NCBI GenBank assembly: GCA_022813865.1
Contig: JALDZX010000015.1
Span: 248,001 to 312,000, forward strand
Length of the DNA: 64,000 bases
Direction of reading: 5' to 3'
DNA from: Xylographa opegraphella
Lineage: Eukaryota
This document shows positions 11,569-21,974 of this stretch, in pieces. The notes below the pieces were generated by a model that was not told the DNA's origin, did not search any database, and was given only the letters and a program-made list of their open reading frames with translations. The position numbers and the translations under genes are program-made. Position 1 is the stretch's first letter. Each line of letters starts with the position of its first letter.

Positions 11569-14178
11569 ATGGTATCCGTGTCACCAAGAAGCACTATACC
11601 AATTCTACTTTGCTTCTCGCACCTATCACGAGGACAATTGCCATCCATTCGCACTCAACTGTTCCTGATCTCTGGAAAGCGTTTTACCACCTCTCAAACC
11701 ACGGCTCAACCGCAATCCAAAGTCTCTCCACCTACTATCTTGGGTCAGGAAGGAGATCATGGGTATGGAACAGATCATACACGGACGACTAAAGTAAAGC
11801 TACGTAAAATACGTGTTGGTATCGTCCGAAAGATCGTGACGAAAGCGAGGGATGGAAGTCCGAGTTTCATACGGTTGTTGGAACCCCGCGCAAGTTCAAC
11901 CGTTACACCATGGCAACGACGTATCGCCTCGTTCGAGCAATTGGAGTACGAATCCAGTCTCAACCTTGATCCACGACTAGGACTGCGACTTGTGGACGAT
12001 GTTAATTATCGACATGACCCGCGACTATGGCTGGAATTGATCCGGTTTAGAGAACGAATTGATGGCGTTAAAGGTATCGCTGTCATATGGAAAGGATTCT
12101 CGAAAAGGCTTTCTTGGTTGAAAGACTCCACTTTCTTAGCAGAATTAATGCCAGACGAAGATGTTGATAAATCGTGGCACGAAATTTGGAGGAGCTTCTT
12201 ACGAGCTGGATATGAAGATCACCAAATATTGAAAGAGATATGCGATTATATGCTGACAAAGAGTAGAAGGAGAGAAACAGGTGTTCTTCATCTTTATTCG
12301 GCTGTCCTTGGACATATCTTGAAGGTTAAGCCATCAGAAGCCTTTGAATGGCATGAGCGCCTCAAATTATCATTTTCGCCGGACTCCCAAAGCCAGATGA
12401 TACTCTTTAACCAAGTTGTTGAGAGCCTGCCGGCCAGACAGGCTCTGCTAGCAATCTATGCCGACCTTCCATATCCTCGCCTTTATTCGTCAAGCATCCC
12501 AAAGCTTTGCGCGCTCGAGCTCTATGACGATGCGATTTCGTGGCATCGAATGCTATTGAATCGAGGAGATCGGCCATCAAACATATCTGTTACCAAACCT
12601 CTACTTGAACATCTAGCCTCCTCTGGACAGGAGAAGTTATTAGAGCAAATTATGCTAGAGCTGGTACAAGCTGGGGTTCCGTTGGATACGCCTGCCAATG
12701 TCATTCAAGAAGACCATCTCGCTGTCTCCCGAAAAATGATGAGCGAGGTACAGGCCAAATTTTACAATATAACCCCAATGCGATTCAGTGACGAGTTTTG
12801 TGCTAGGCTGCTTGCTACAAGAATGTTCTCAGTCAAGAGTATACTTGCTGGTCTACAAGTGCTCGGCGTGCAGGCTATCGGGCCTCTTGCCTTACGCGAG
12901 ATTGCATTCCGCACCGTAGACAATGGGACATGTCGTTTGGATGCAATGACCGAATACCTCAATCAAGTGCACGAGGCCAATATTAAGACTGGATCCTCAA
13001 AGTTCTCGCGAAGTGTTCAAAGGCTTGTTCTGGGCAAGCATGACCAATTACTCTACGATTTGGTAACGTGTGACCAACATCCAGATGTGCTCGAGGACCG
13101 CAAGCTGCAGGAATCTCTCCTCGCTTCGTACCACAGGACCGGACATAATCGTCAAATTGAACGGACAATGGCTATTCTCACAGTCGATGAGAGAGAGCAA
13201 ACAATGGAGACAGCATACTGGAACATTCTTGTTCGATGTGACCTTACACTTCGAAACTTGTCTGGACTTCTAAAGAAAACCGAGACCATGCGCGCGAAGG
13301 GCATTGTGTTGACGCGTGCATCTCGCAACTATATGTGGAGCACATTGGTGAACTCCGGAAATTTTCGACAGTCGACGAAAGTTACAAATGCACAGATTCT
13401 CATCAGCATATGGCAGGGCTGCATGGTCTCTGGGACATACATTCCTTTGACTGCTTGGACTGCGACATTACGCCATCTTGGTATGACTGGTCAATTGAAG
13501 CAATATGAGAGCTTAGCGTTTTGGCTTGCTAAATGGTATACGGACCATACTTTCAGGGAGTCTTTGGTAGGAGCTTTCAAGGTGGTAAACGGATCACAAG
13601 TCTCTCGAAGATACAGTATACAGCTTAACCAAGCTGTTTCTGTTCATCCATTGCAAGTACTGTTCCCCAAGCATGCAACGCTTGCAATACTAGCTTGGGG
13701 CTTCCAGAACCCAAAAATAGCGAATCTGAAATCCTGCATGCCCTCGGTGCGAGTCGGTCGACTGGCTGCATCCCCTGCATTATGGGGCCTAAGAATGATA
13801 GTGAGATTGAGAGACTTGGGCATCAGCGTCAACCGCAACGCCATCGGGAAGTCGTGCCAAATGTATCTGTTAACGTTGTTCGATATGGCAAAGAATTCTC
13901 GGAAGTGGGAGAAGCAGAGTCCGTCAGGGAATGAAGGCCGCTGGGATGAGTACGCACTTGCCATGGAGATGATTTGGGGTCACGATCTCTTCACGAAACG
14001 TTCCGACTATCAGGAGCCCATCGCAGACACAACTTCAGCACATGACCGATTGTCGGTGATTGCGGATGAGATATCCCGCCGTATCAGGGAGAGGCGAGAA
14101 AAGGCATGCAGCACAACAATGAGTGGGCAGCGTAAAAGCGCCTCAAATTCAGCAGTGTATTCACTTTGGCTCACCTGA
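11569..14178 (+). CDS. Large intronless alpha-helical protein, probably mitochondrial PPR-like RNA-binding protein
   Basis: 869-aa ORF; basic, Ser-rich presequence-like N-terminus; helical repeat-like motifs (LYSAVLGHILK, LYSSSIPKLC..YDDAISWHRML, YWNILVRC). Confidence 0.6.
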   Translation: MVSVSPRSTIPILLCFSHLSRGQLPSIRTQLFLISGKRFTTSQTTAQPQSKVSPPTILGQEGDHGYGTDHTRTTKVKLRKIRVGIVRKIVTKARDGSPSFIRLLEPRASSTVTPWQRRIASFEQLEYESSLNLDPRLGLRLVDDVNYRHDPRLWLELIRFRERIDGVKGIAVIWKGFSKRLSWLKDSTFLAELMPDEDVDKSWHEIWRSFLRAGYEDHQILKEICDYMLTKSRRRETGVLHLYSAVLGHILKVKPSEAFEWHERLKLSFSPDSQSQMILFNQVVESLPARQALLAIYADLPYPRLYSSSIPKLCALELYDDAISWHRMLLNRGDRPSNISVTKPLLEHLASSGQEKLLEQIMLELVQAGVPLDTPANVIQEDHLAVSRKMMSEVQAKFYNITPMRFSDEFCARLLATRMFSVKSILAGLQVLGVQAIGPLALREIAFRTVDNGTCRLDAMTEYLNQVHEANIKTGSSKFSRSVQRLVLGKHDQLLYDLVTCDQHPDVLEDRKLQESLLASYHRTGHNRQIERTMAILTVDEREQTMETAYWNILVRCDLTLRNLSGLLKKTETMRAKGIVLTRASRNYMWSTLVNSGNFRQSTKVTNAQILISIWQGCMVSGTYIPLTAWTATLRHLGMTGQLKQYESLAFWLAKWYTDHTFRESLVGAFKVVNGSQVSRRYSIQLNQAVSVHPLQVLFPKHATLAILAWGFQNPKIANLKSCMPSVRVGRLAASPALWGLRMIVRLRDLGISVNRNAIGKSCQMYLLTLFDMAKNSRKWEKQSPSGNEGRWDEYALAMEMIWGHDLFTKRSDYQEPIADTTSAHDRLSVIADEISRRIRERREKACSTTMSGQRKSASNSAVYSLWLT

Positions 14179-15595
14179 CGATTGCTGTGTGTCATATAGC
14201 TCACCAGAAATGATTTCCAGTGCCACCAATGTCTCTGCGATCAGCATTTGACATAGCTTCTTGTTGTGACTCACTTATTAGGTCGAATTCTATATCCTCC
14301 CAGGACCAAGACTTGAAATAATTAGTAGCATACGTGACAAGGTTGGAGCGTCGTTTTCTCCATAGCAGCATATGATCCGAATGCACTTCCGAACCTAATT
14401 CCTGTTGTGCTGAAAGGCGATTTTTCAATATATCAACAACGGAATATCTGACATACATTGGTGAAACCAAACCGGGTTGTATTCTGCGCGAGGTTCGGTC
14501 TGAAGCTATCCTGAGTCCCAAGTCGATGGAGTAACGTGATTCATATAACATTACAGCATCATAAGCGTAGATATAGTTACCTCACAAGAGGGTAAACGTG
14601 CTGGCCCTTCAAGGACAGCGATACGCAGCTACGAGCAACGCTAGTTGTGCGGTACGATGCAGTGATTGTCAATGTGGACATGGTCAAGCAATTTCGAGCG
14701 CCAGGAAATGCATTTTGGGTGGAATCATTGAAACCCTCGCCATCCCATTGTCCGGCATGTCTTCGTCGAGAGATGCCACTTCTACCATAGTGCATGGTCT
14801 GCGCCTTCCAATCTTGTCTCGCTTTGCATGACCAATTAAACGTAAACAATTCAAATATTGCTCGTTTAGTCGCAGCCGCACTAACTATTTTTGGTCTCTT
14901 TACCTTACCTTGGCCTTCAGCCTCGATCGCTCAGACGCTACTATTGTGCACTCCGAAGTGACTTCGGATTCGCGCACCCGACAAGCGTCCTGGTGGAATA
15001 CTTGTACGCCATTGCACGAGAAATCCAATGATAGTAGTGGTGTTCTATCATCATGCTCATCATCAGGTCACCGATGTCGCCCGTCGTGGACCTGGTAGCA
15101 GAGTACGACATTAGAAAGGCCTCCGCTCGAGTTATGGCGGCTTTTCAGAAAACACGCTGGCAAGGCTGTGGATTGCTTCCACCTACATCCCGAAGGGCCG
15201 AAGGGGAACAGCCAAGGATAACACCCAAGGAGGCCCAATTGGTAGACTTCCCGCAATAGCTGATCCTGCGGCTTGTGGGCACAGCCTTGTGTAATGCAGA
15301 GAGACGGCATGTCGAACACTGGTTGCTCTCTCGGTGCTGTGACACTGAACATGCTGCATGGGGCACAGGAAGGCTGAGACGCGGTGGCATGTAAGAATGG
15401 AATATATACAGCCCGACCCCCCACACACTCATCTGCTTGGCGACCTTCGTTTCCATTCACTCTGCTTCAACTCTCATTGCCCCATGTGTTCATTGACCTC
15501 ACAACTGTGAATGTCTGCTTGATCCTCTCTCCCATTTTACTTGACAACATCAGTCGCTGCTACGAGCGTAACAACTACACACTCTATTCGCAATC

Positions 15596-16253
15596 ATGTC
15601 AGGGTCATGGATAAACTCACTATTCGATTGCTGCTCTCCAATGAACATTTGTAAGTCGACTCATGCGAAAGCGGCCAAAGCAGGAGCACTTCAAGGCTAA
15701 TATGATCTCGATTTCTACCAATAGGCTGTGAAGCATACTGGTGTCCTTGTATTCTCTTCGGCAAGACCGCCGCTCGTGTCGAGGATCCCAGCCTCTCAAG
15801 TTACTCCTGCTGCAATGGTAGTGTAAGCATTCCGTTCACTCCTCCATCCTTCCTAAATACGACCCCTGCGCAACGAATCTCTCCTTCCCGTCAAGCCAGC
15901 CGCAAAGTCCAAAACATTGCTTTGTAATGCAAGGCACGACCAGCTAACGTGCCCTGCCACAGTGCATGGGCTTTTTCGCTCTCGGGTGCATCGGTCTCAC
16001 TCCAATCCTCCAATGCGCCCACCGCGGTAACATCCGCTCGAAATACAACATCGAAGGCGACGGCTGCACGGATTGTCTCGTGGCCTGGTGCTGCTGCTGC
16101 TGTGGGCTTGTGCAGGACGAAAAAGAGACCATAGCCCGGAGTGCACAAATGACGCCGCAACAGGGTTATCAGCCACAGCAGAAAATGGAATACCAGCCGC
16201 AGCAACAGCAGTATCAGCCTCAGCAGCACCAAGCGTACCAGCAACAGCCATAG
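15596..16253 (+). CDS. PLAC8 family Cys-rich protein (3 exons)
   Basis: Spliced MSGSWINSLFDCCSPMNI|CCEAYWCPCILFGKT..|..RGNIRSKYNIEGDGCTDCLVAWCCCCCGLVQDEKE; Q/Y/P-rich tail. Confidence 0.92.
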
Positions 16254-17270
16254 AGCATGAGTCGATGGATGAGACATGGGTCGGGCTGGCGATGCTGTTT
16301 AATGGCTGAACGCACGGATTGTTGTTTTGCTTTCGTACTGGATCCCATGTCCATCATGATACCTGAAAAATGGATGGGATTGCCAATGGGGCGTTCGTGT
16401 GAGGATTGGATATGAAATGGCGATAATACTGGTACCTTGGTATTTGTGACTTACTTTCGAGTTCCATGCTCGGTCTCTTTGTCACCACTTGGTGCTTCAC
16501 GGTACTGTTGGTGTACATTCTGCACACTCTGATCCCAGAGGCTTAGACATTGAATGTCTTGGGAGTTGGTACGCAAAATAAAGAATTATACCATGAAAGT
16601 TGCAACTTCCTGTCCAAAAATGTGCTTCCAATATCCTCGCTACTATTTATCGATTTTCCCAGTCCATTTCTGTCTCTATCCAGTAATGCAACCCTTCGCA
16701 ATACTCAATAACACTACATCATCATAATATGACGTGGAGAGTTCAAACACAATTGATTGTCCACCTGTACCTTTGTTTACAGACTTCCATTGTGCCTTCC
16801 CATTCCATATACACCAGTCTTTATCCGTTTGTCAGGGCTCCATGCGCCATGGATGACGGCGACGCTCATACGTTGAAGCAACATATCTGTTTGCCTCTAA
16901 ACACGGTGAGACGACCGGCTAGGTGGTCAGCGAGATGCATAAAATTATTCAGAACGATGCGAAAGCACAGGGGAATTTTGGGGTGTGGTTTTTTTGGTGT
17001 GGAGTCCAGAATTGCCAAGTCGTCGAGCCTCGGAAAGCCAAATTGTCGAGTATATTTTCTGACTAAGCTCATTATCAAACTCCTTAGCGCAGCCCTACCC
17101 TCTGACTGATGCTTACCAGAGCTTCTCGGCCAATGAGCAACGAGTTTTCGACAGCGACGAAATCAACCACGACTGACCAAGATCTTGTCAAGGTCCTCAT
17201 AATGCGGTCTTCGAACTTCTCACACCTTCCTCCACAAGGTACATATCGTGACCTCTCCAATTTGAACCTC

Positions 17271-17277
17271 TATAAAA
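17271..17277 (+). promoter_or_regulatory. TATA box of pirin gene
   Basis: TATAAAA ~155 bp upstream of ATG, followed by a CT-rich tract. Confidence 0.5.
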
Positions 17278-17428
17278 GAAGGCTCTCCTTCTTCTCCCCT
17301 CCATTTTTATCGTTTCAATTTCCTCTCCATACAGCAGCACCCTCTTCAGCACACTCCACATCCCCACCTTGTACTGCTATTTTCAAACTCCAATTTCTCC
17401 TACTCGCTCCCAACCCTCTCCCCAACCC

Positions 17429-18375
17429 ATGACCCGCCCCCTCGCTATGGCCCTCACCCACGCACGCATCACGCCCCGCCGCTCCTCCGCGCGCGGCCAC
17501 GCCGCCCACGGCTGGCTGGACAGCTACCACACCTTCTCCTTCGCCAGCTACCACGACCCGGCCTTCATGTCTTTCGGCGCGCTGCGCGTGCTGAACGAGG
17601 ACCGCGTCGCCGCCGGCACCGGCTTCCCTACCCACTCCCACCGCGACGCCGAGATCTTCAGCTACATCCTGCAGGGGGAGCTGACGCACCGGGACAGCAT
17701 GGTGGCCAAGGGCCGCGAAGCCGGCCCGCACGGTGATTCCTTCTACCGCATGCAGTGGGGTGACGTGCAGTTCACCACCGGTGGCACGGGTGCGTTACCC
17801 ATCCATCCACTCCCCCGGAAGACCCGATACTAACATCCCATTCCCCTCCGTTAGGCATCGCGCACTCGGAGCAAAATGAATCCGCCCACCCAGTGCACTT
17901 CCTCCAGATCTGGGCCACGCCATGGACGCGCTCCCTCGCACCGCGCTACCACACACGCACCTTCTCCGAAGCCGCCAAGCGCGCCGGCTTCGTGCCCATC
18001 CTGTCCCCGCTGGCCGCGGGGCCGGGCGCATCCGCGGCGGAGGAAGCGGCCGCCGCGCCGAGCATCAGCGATACGATACCCATCCATGCGGACTTGGTGA
18101 TGGGCGCGGGGTTGATCGGGGCGGGGAGACGCTTCGAGTGGGTGGTCGGGGGGACGCTGGAGGCGGTCGTGAGGAAAAGGAGGGATCGCAGGGTGTATGT
18201 ACATGTGGCGATGACGAAGGGGGGGAAGGCGCGGGTGAGGCTGGATGGGAGGGAGGGGGTCGTGTTGGGCGAGGGGGACGGGGCGTTTGTGGAGGGGGTG
18301 GGTGTGGGGGATGGGTTGGGGGTGGAGAGTGTAGGTGAGGAGGAGGCGGAGGTGGTGGTGCTCGATTCGGATTGA
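17429..18375 (+). CDS. Pirin/YhhW-family cupin (one intron 17790-17854)
   Basis: RGHAAHGWLDSYHTFSFASYHDP..FGALRVLNEDRV..GFPTHSHRDAEIFSY..HRDSM; TGGTG|IAHSE; HFLQIW; EGDGAF. Confidence 0.93.
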
Positions 18376-18725
18376 TGATTCTTGTGGAATTTGTTGGAAG
18401 GGGGGCGGCTGTGTACCTACTATGGTATGGGATGGACATGGGAAAATATGCATTATTGGTAGCATTAGCAGCGTTCTTTCACCATGCACAGCTCATCCGA
18501 TTCATACTTTATCTATCTACAATCATCAGGAACAAATCCTTATCGTTAAGGTCGCCATTCTTCCGCACCGATACTCGATATTTGTCGTCGAAGCGGTCCA
18601 TAGTTACACCAGTCATGATCAGGAATATTCATGACTTCCTCCGTCTGTCGCCAAATATCCACTGTCTCGCAGATGCCTGTTCTCTTTCATAACAACAATC
18701 ACATCCGCCGCTCCATAACCAGTCC

Positions 18726-19898
18726 CTAAGACACAGCCGTCCCAGTCTCCCCTTCCGAATCACTCAGACTATCCCTCCTCCTACCACCGCCCCTGCGGAA
18801 CCCATTGGCGCCGGCCGCATGGGCGTTCTTACTCAAAGCCGGAATCGGGTGGAAGTAGCTCTTCGTTCCTCGCGTCTGGTCGGTTTCCGCCTCGCTCGCG
18901 GTGTACCTGCTTTCGAAGTCGATCGGGTTGGTGTAAGTGCTTGGGGCATTGGTGTGGCCGAAGTGCTGGGAGTGGTGTGCGAATGATCGCTTGGTGGGGG
19001 AGTGCTGGCGAGATCGGGTGGGCGTGTGAGAGGGAGTGCTGGTATTGCTGTGGCGGTTGTGCGCCGGGGAAGCGCGGAGGGGACGTTGGGATTCGTCGGA
19101 GTAGGTGGAGAAGGTGGATTCGGCACCGGGATTGTAGGAGTACTGGCGAGGGTGGGGTTTGTTGGGCGTATATTTCTGGTTCGGCTTGTCGCCGGTGAGA
19201 TTGTGCTTGTGATGTTGCGGAGGGGTAGAGATCTCAGATGGGTCCGTGGTAGTGTATTCATGGTATGAGCCGTCGGCTGCTCGGTTCAAGCCACCCACCC
19301 GAGCAGGCTTCTCGTGACGGTAGGCACGTACGTCGTTGTCGTGCCGGTTCTTGTTCTTCTTGCCTTTCTTGGGGCGATTCCCTTTCTCTCGCATGCTCAC
19401 TGAGTCGTCCTGGTCGATCGAGCCGACAATACTGCCTCCACCCAGTTCCGTAGTCTTTGTAGCCCCACTAAGTGTGGTTCCATTGGGACCCTTTCGACGG
19501 AGTACTGTTGACTTGTAGTCCTCCCAGTCGCCTTTACGGAACTTGAAGCCACCATTCTTTGCCCAGAAGAAGAACCATATACTAGCAATCACAAGAGAGG
19601 CAGATAGTAATCCAAACAGAGCCAAGACAGCATTGTTGTTGATCGATGTGGGGGGTACGGTACCGCTACCAGGAGTGTATTGCGGAGCGGCGGGGTCTCT
19701 TTCTCGTAGAACAGTACCCACAGCAAGGGGAGATAATTGTTCTGTGGACCGTCTCGTCAGAGAAGGTATGAATTCCAACAAAGAGCGTTTGTTGGCTGGG
19801 TGTGAGAATATATCTGCGGGTGAAGTGCGACGGTCGAGTTCTAGCGACGAGACAGAGAGGTCGGCGTCGACGAGTCCAGCCAGTGGCAACGGAGCCAT
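18726..19898 (-). CDS. Conserved Pezizomycotina single-pass membrane protein of unknown function
   Basis: Intronless ORF; NNNAVLALFGLL..IWFFFWAKNGGFKFRKGDWEDYKSTVLRRKGPNG; YRHEKPARVGGLN; GTKSYFHPIP. Confidence 0.8.
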   Translation of the reverse strand: MAPLPLAGLVDADLSVSSLELDRRTSPADIFSHPANKRSLLEFIPSLTRRSTEQLSPLAVGTVLRERDPAAPQYTPGSGTVPPTSINNNAVLALFGLLSASLVIASIWFFFWAKNGGFKFRKGDWEDYKSTVLRRKGPNGTTLSGATKTTELGGGSIVGSIDQDDSVSMREKGNRPKKGKKNKNRHDNDVRAYRHEKPARVGGLNRAADGSYHEYTTTDPSEISTPPQHHKHNLTGDKPNQKYTPNKPHPRQYSYNPGAESTFSTYSDESQRPLRASPAHNRHSNTSTPSHTPTRSRQHSPTKRSFAHHSQHFGHTNAPSTYTNPIDFESRYTASEAETDQTRGTKSYFHPIPALSKNAHAAGANGFRRGGGRRRDSLSDSEGETGTAVS

Positions 19899-20550
19899 CT
19901 CGGCCACAGAGCTGTACCTATCTCAGAGTAAGGAGACTCATAAGCCAAAGACTAATCGTAGACGGCACGAAGCTCGTTGGCTTCCGAATGATCAGCTTAT
20001 TTTGGACTACGATCAAAGAATTGGTATTATGCTGGAGTTCTTTGTCGCTTGGAAGGCGTATTACTTTGATTCGATTGAGAAATTTGTGTTTCAATGACTT
20101 GAGGTCTGAGAAATTTAGAGTCAGATATTCTAATGGTCTGTGCTGGTGGATCCTTGAGGTTGGCGATAATTCGTGTGGCTGGTTGCTTCTGTTTACGGCT
20201 TATTCGCTTAACTGGTCGGCTAGGCAACGATATCGATGATTTTACTACTACGACGCTCCGCACTCACCACACAGTTAGGACACTGCCGTTGTATTATATT
20301 ACACATAAGTCCTCGGAATCATGTTGTACTACACTCCGTCCCACAATTAACAAATGGTCGGATGATGATCATTCGACATATCAAAGTCTATATGATTAAA
20401 GAAGCAGCAGTGCGCTTCAAATTACATATCTCGATGTGATTCTTTCTGCTTCAAACCTCTTCAAGAGCCTTTGTAACCGACGTCTCTGCCAGCAGCGAAC
20501 GTCCCTTCAGACGTATGTACATCGAAGAAGCGTACCATTGACAATATCTC

Positions 20551-20751
20551 TTACCACTTTATTTCGCGAAAGACCACCTCCCCGTACCCATGAAGTCTGT
20601 CTGCCGCCTCATAGCGGAGGCACCTATCGCAGTTACGGGGTAGCTTCACGATTCTTTTTTTCCACCCGCAGGTATCCGGGTTCGCGCAGTTATTTCGGTA
20701 AGCCATTTTTACGTGACGGCACTTGTAGTGTATGTCAGCGTGATTGCACAT
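20551..20751 (-). CDS. Putative 66-aa Cys/His-rich microprotein
   Basis: MCNHADIHYKCRHVKMAYRNNCANPDTCGWKKRIVKLPRNCDRC...; start context TCAACC-ATG; CATAAATA ~120 bp upstream. Confidence 0.5.
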   Translation of the reverse strand: MCNHADIHYKCRHVKMAYRNNCANPDTCGWKKRIVKLPRNCDRCLRYEAADRLHGYGEVVFREIKW

Positions 20752-21974
20752 GGTTGAGGTAGGTAATGGCACACGGGAGACTCCGGTGGAAGATGGCAAT
20801 TGCTCTATGATGTCAGCCAGTTTGTGCAAGAAAAGTAAATCTGTCTCAGAAGGCATTGATCATGGCAAGGTATTTATGACTACGGTGCATAGCGGCTCTT
20901 GCGAAGGCCTGGTTGCTAGAGGACGAAAATAGACTACAAAGCGAGTTGGATGGAGAGCGGCATTCACAATGCATTGAATGGATAAAGAACCAGCGAGGGC
21001 AAGTCTCACACAAAGGTTTTTTTGGGTCTTAATCTCTCGTGTGGTACAATCCTCACGAGAAGGTTTCTGAGTACTTCAACTTCAGAGTCTTTGTCTGGTC
21101 ATGAATCGTTTGTATCTGGTATCCCATTGTTATTCATTGTTTGCTCATGCCATGTTGTTCTCAACAAAGCCTCTATTGACTCTCTTGTCTGTCTTTCCTT
21201 CCCCGCCTGAGAAACGCGTCTATTTTCCAGACTCTTACTTACTCATCTATACCATTTTATGAAAGCAACAATGTATGAACAAATCTGCCTCGGATTTATG
21301 GGTTGCCATTACACTACCGTGCACATGCACTGACCCTGCTGAATTGATGCAAATTGCACACCATCTAAACCTATCTGGCTCGATCATCCCGGGTTTTGCC
21401 CACTCTGCGAAACTTGTTTGGAAGCAATCGCTCGGACGACCCCACTCAAAAGCAGTTCAGGGGTCCCATGGTGGCGCTGATGTAGTCGCTACTGTCGACG
21501 CTATTGCGATTGACAGAGAAATGTGGACAAGAAAAAGACCCTTGGCGATCTATGACTGTATGGGAATGGCTTGTAAGGATATATAAAATTGAGGTTGTTA
21601 TGAAATTAATATATTAAAAGTTCAAATCATGGATCCCGAGCGGTTGACTAAATGAGAGGTGATCCTCCAAGGACTGCCACAGCACTAATTACGTTGTGCG
21701 CACATGCGATTGGCTGACCATTAGTAACAAGAAGATTTGGTCACAATGGTGGTAGCATTGGCGATCAATAAAGGTTGAAATTCACTGTAATGTAGATTTT
21801 GCAACGAATATAACAGGTCTCCCTTCCACGGAAGCCGTCCGGGCATGCGAGCCCTGTCCATGCATCGCCTTCCAATCCCACTTGAGATGAGAGCCCACTA
21901 CACATACAAAGGTGTGACTCTATAAGTTTCAACGCCATCCGCAATGCTGAAAATGGAGCAAATGACTACACGCC

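Noticed and set aside
14201..15460. Short ORFs and a GTAAG donor-like site on the minus strand between the PPR-like gene and PLAC8
   Set aside because: No coherent spliced product or recognisable motif could be assembled
17429..18375. Pirin as a bacterial horizontal transfer because of high GC
   Set aside because: Has a spliceosomal intron, the family is common in fungi, and the GC bias extends into the intron and UTRs
17315..18489. Long antisense and alternate-frame ORFs over the pirin gene (likewise over the DUF1682 and FRE 3' ends)
   Set aside because: Expected by-product of high GC and few stop codons
21275..21586. 103-aa intergenic ORF (also 29764-30087 and 16729-17109)
   Set aside because: No recognisable motifs or coding-like composition
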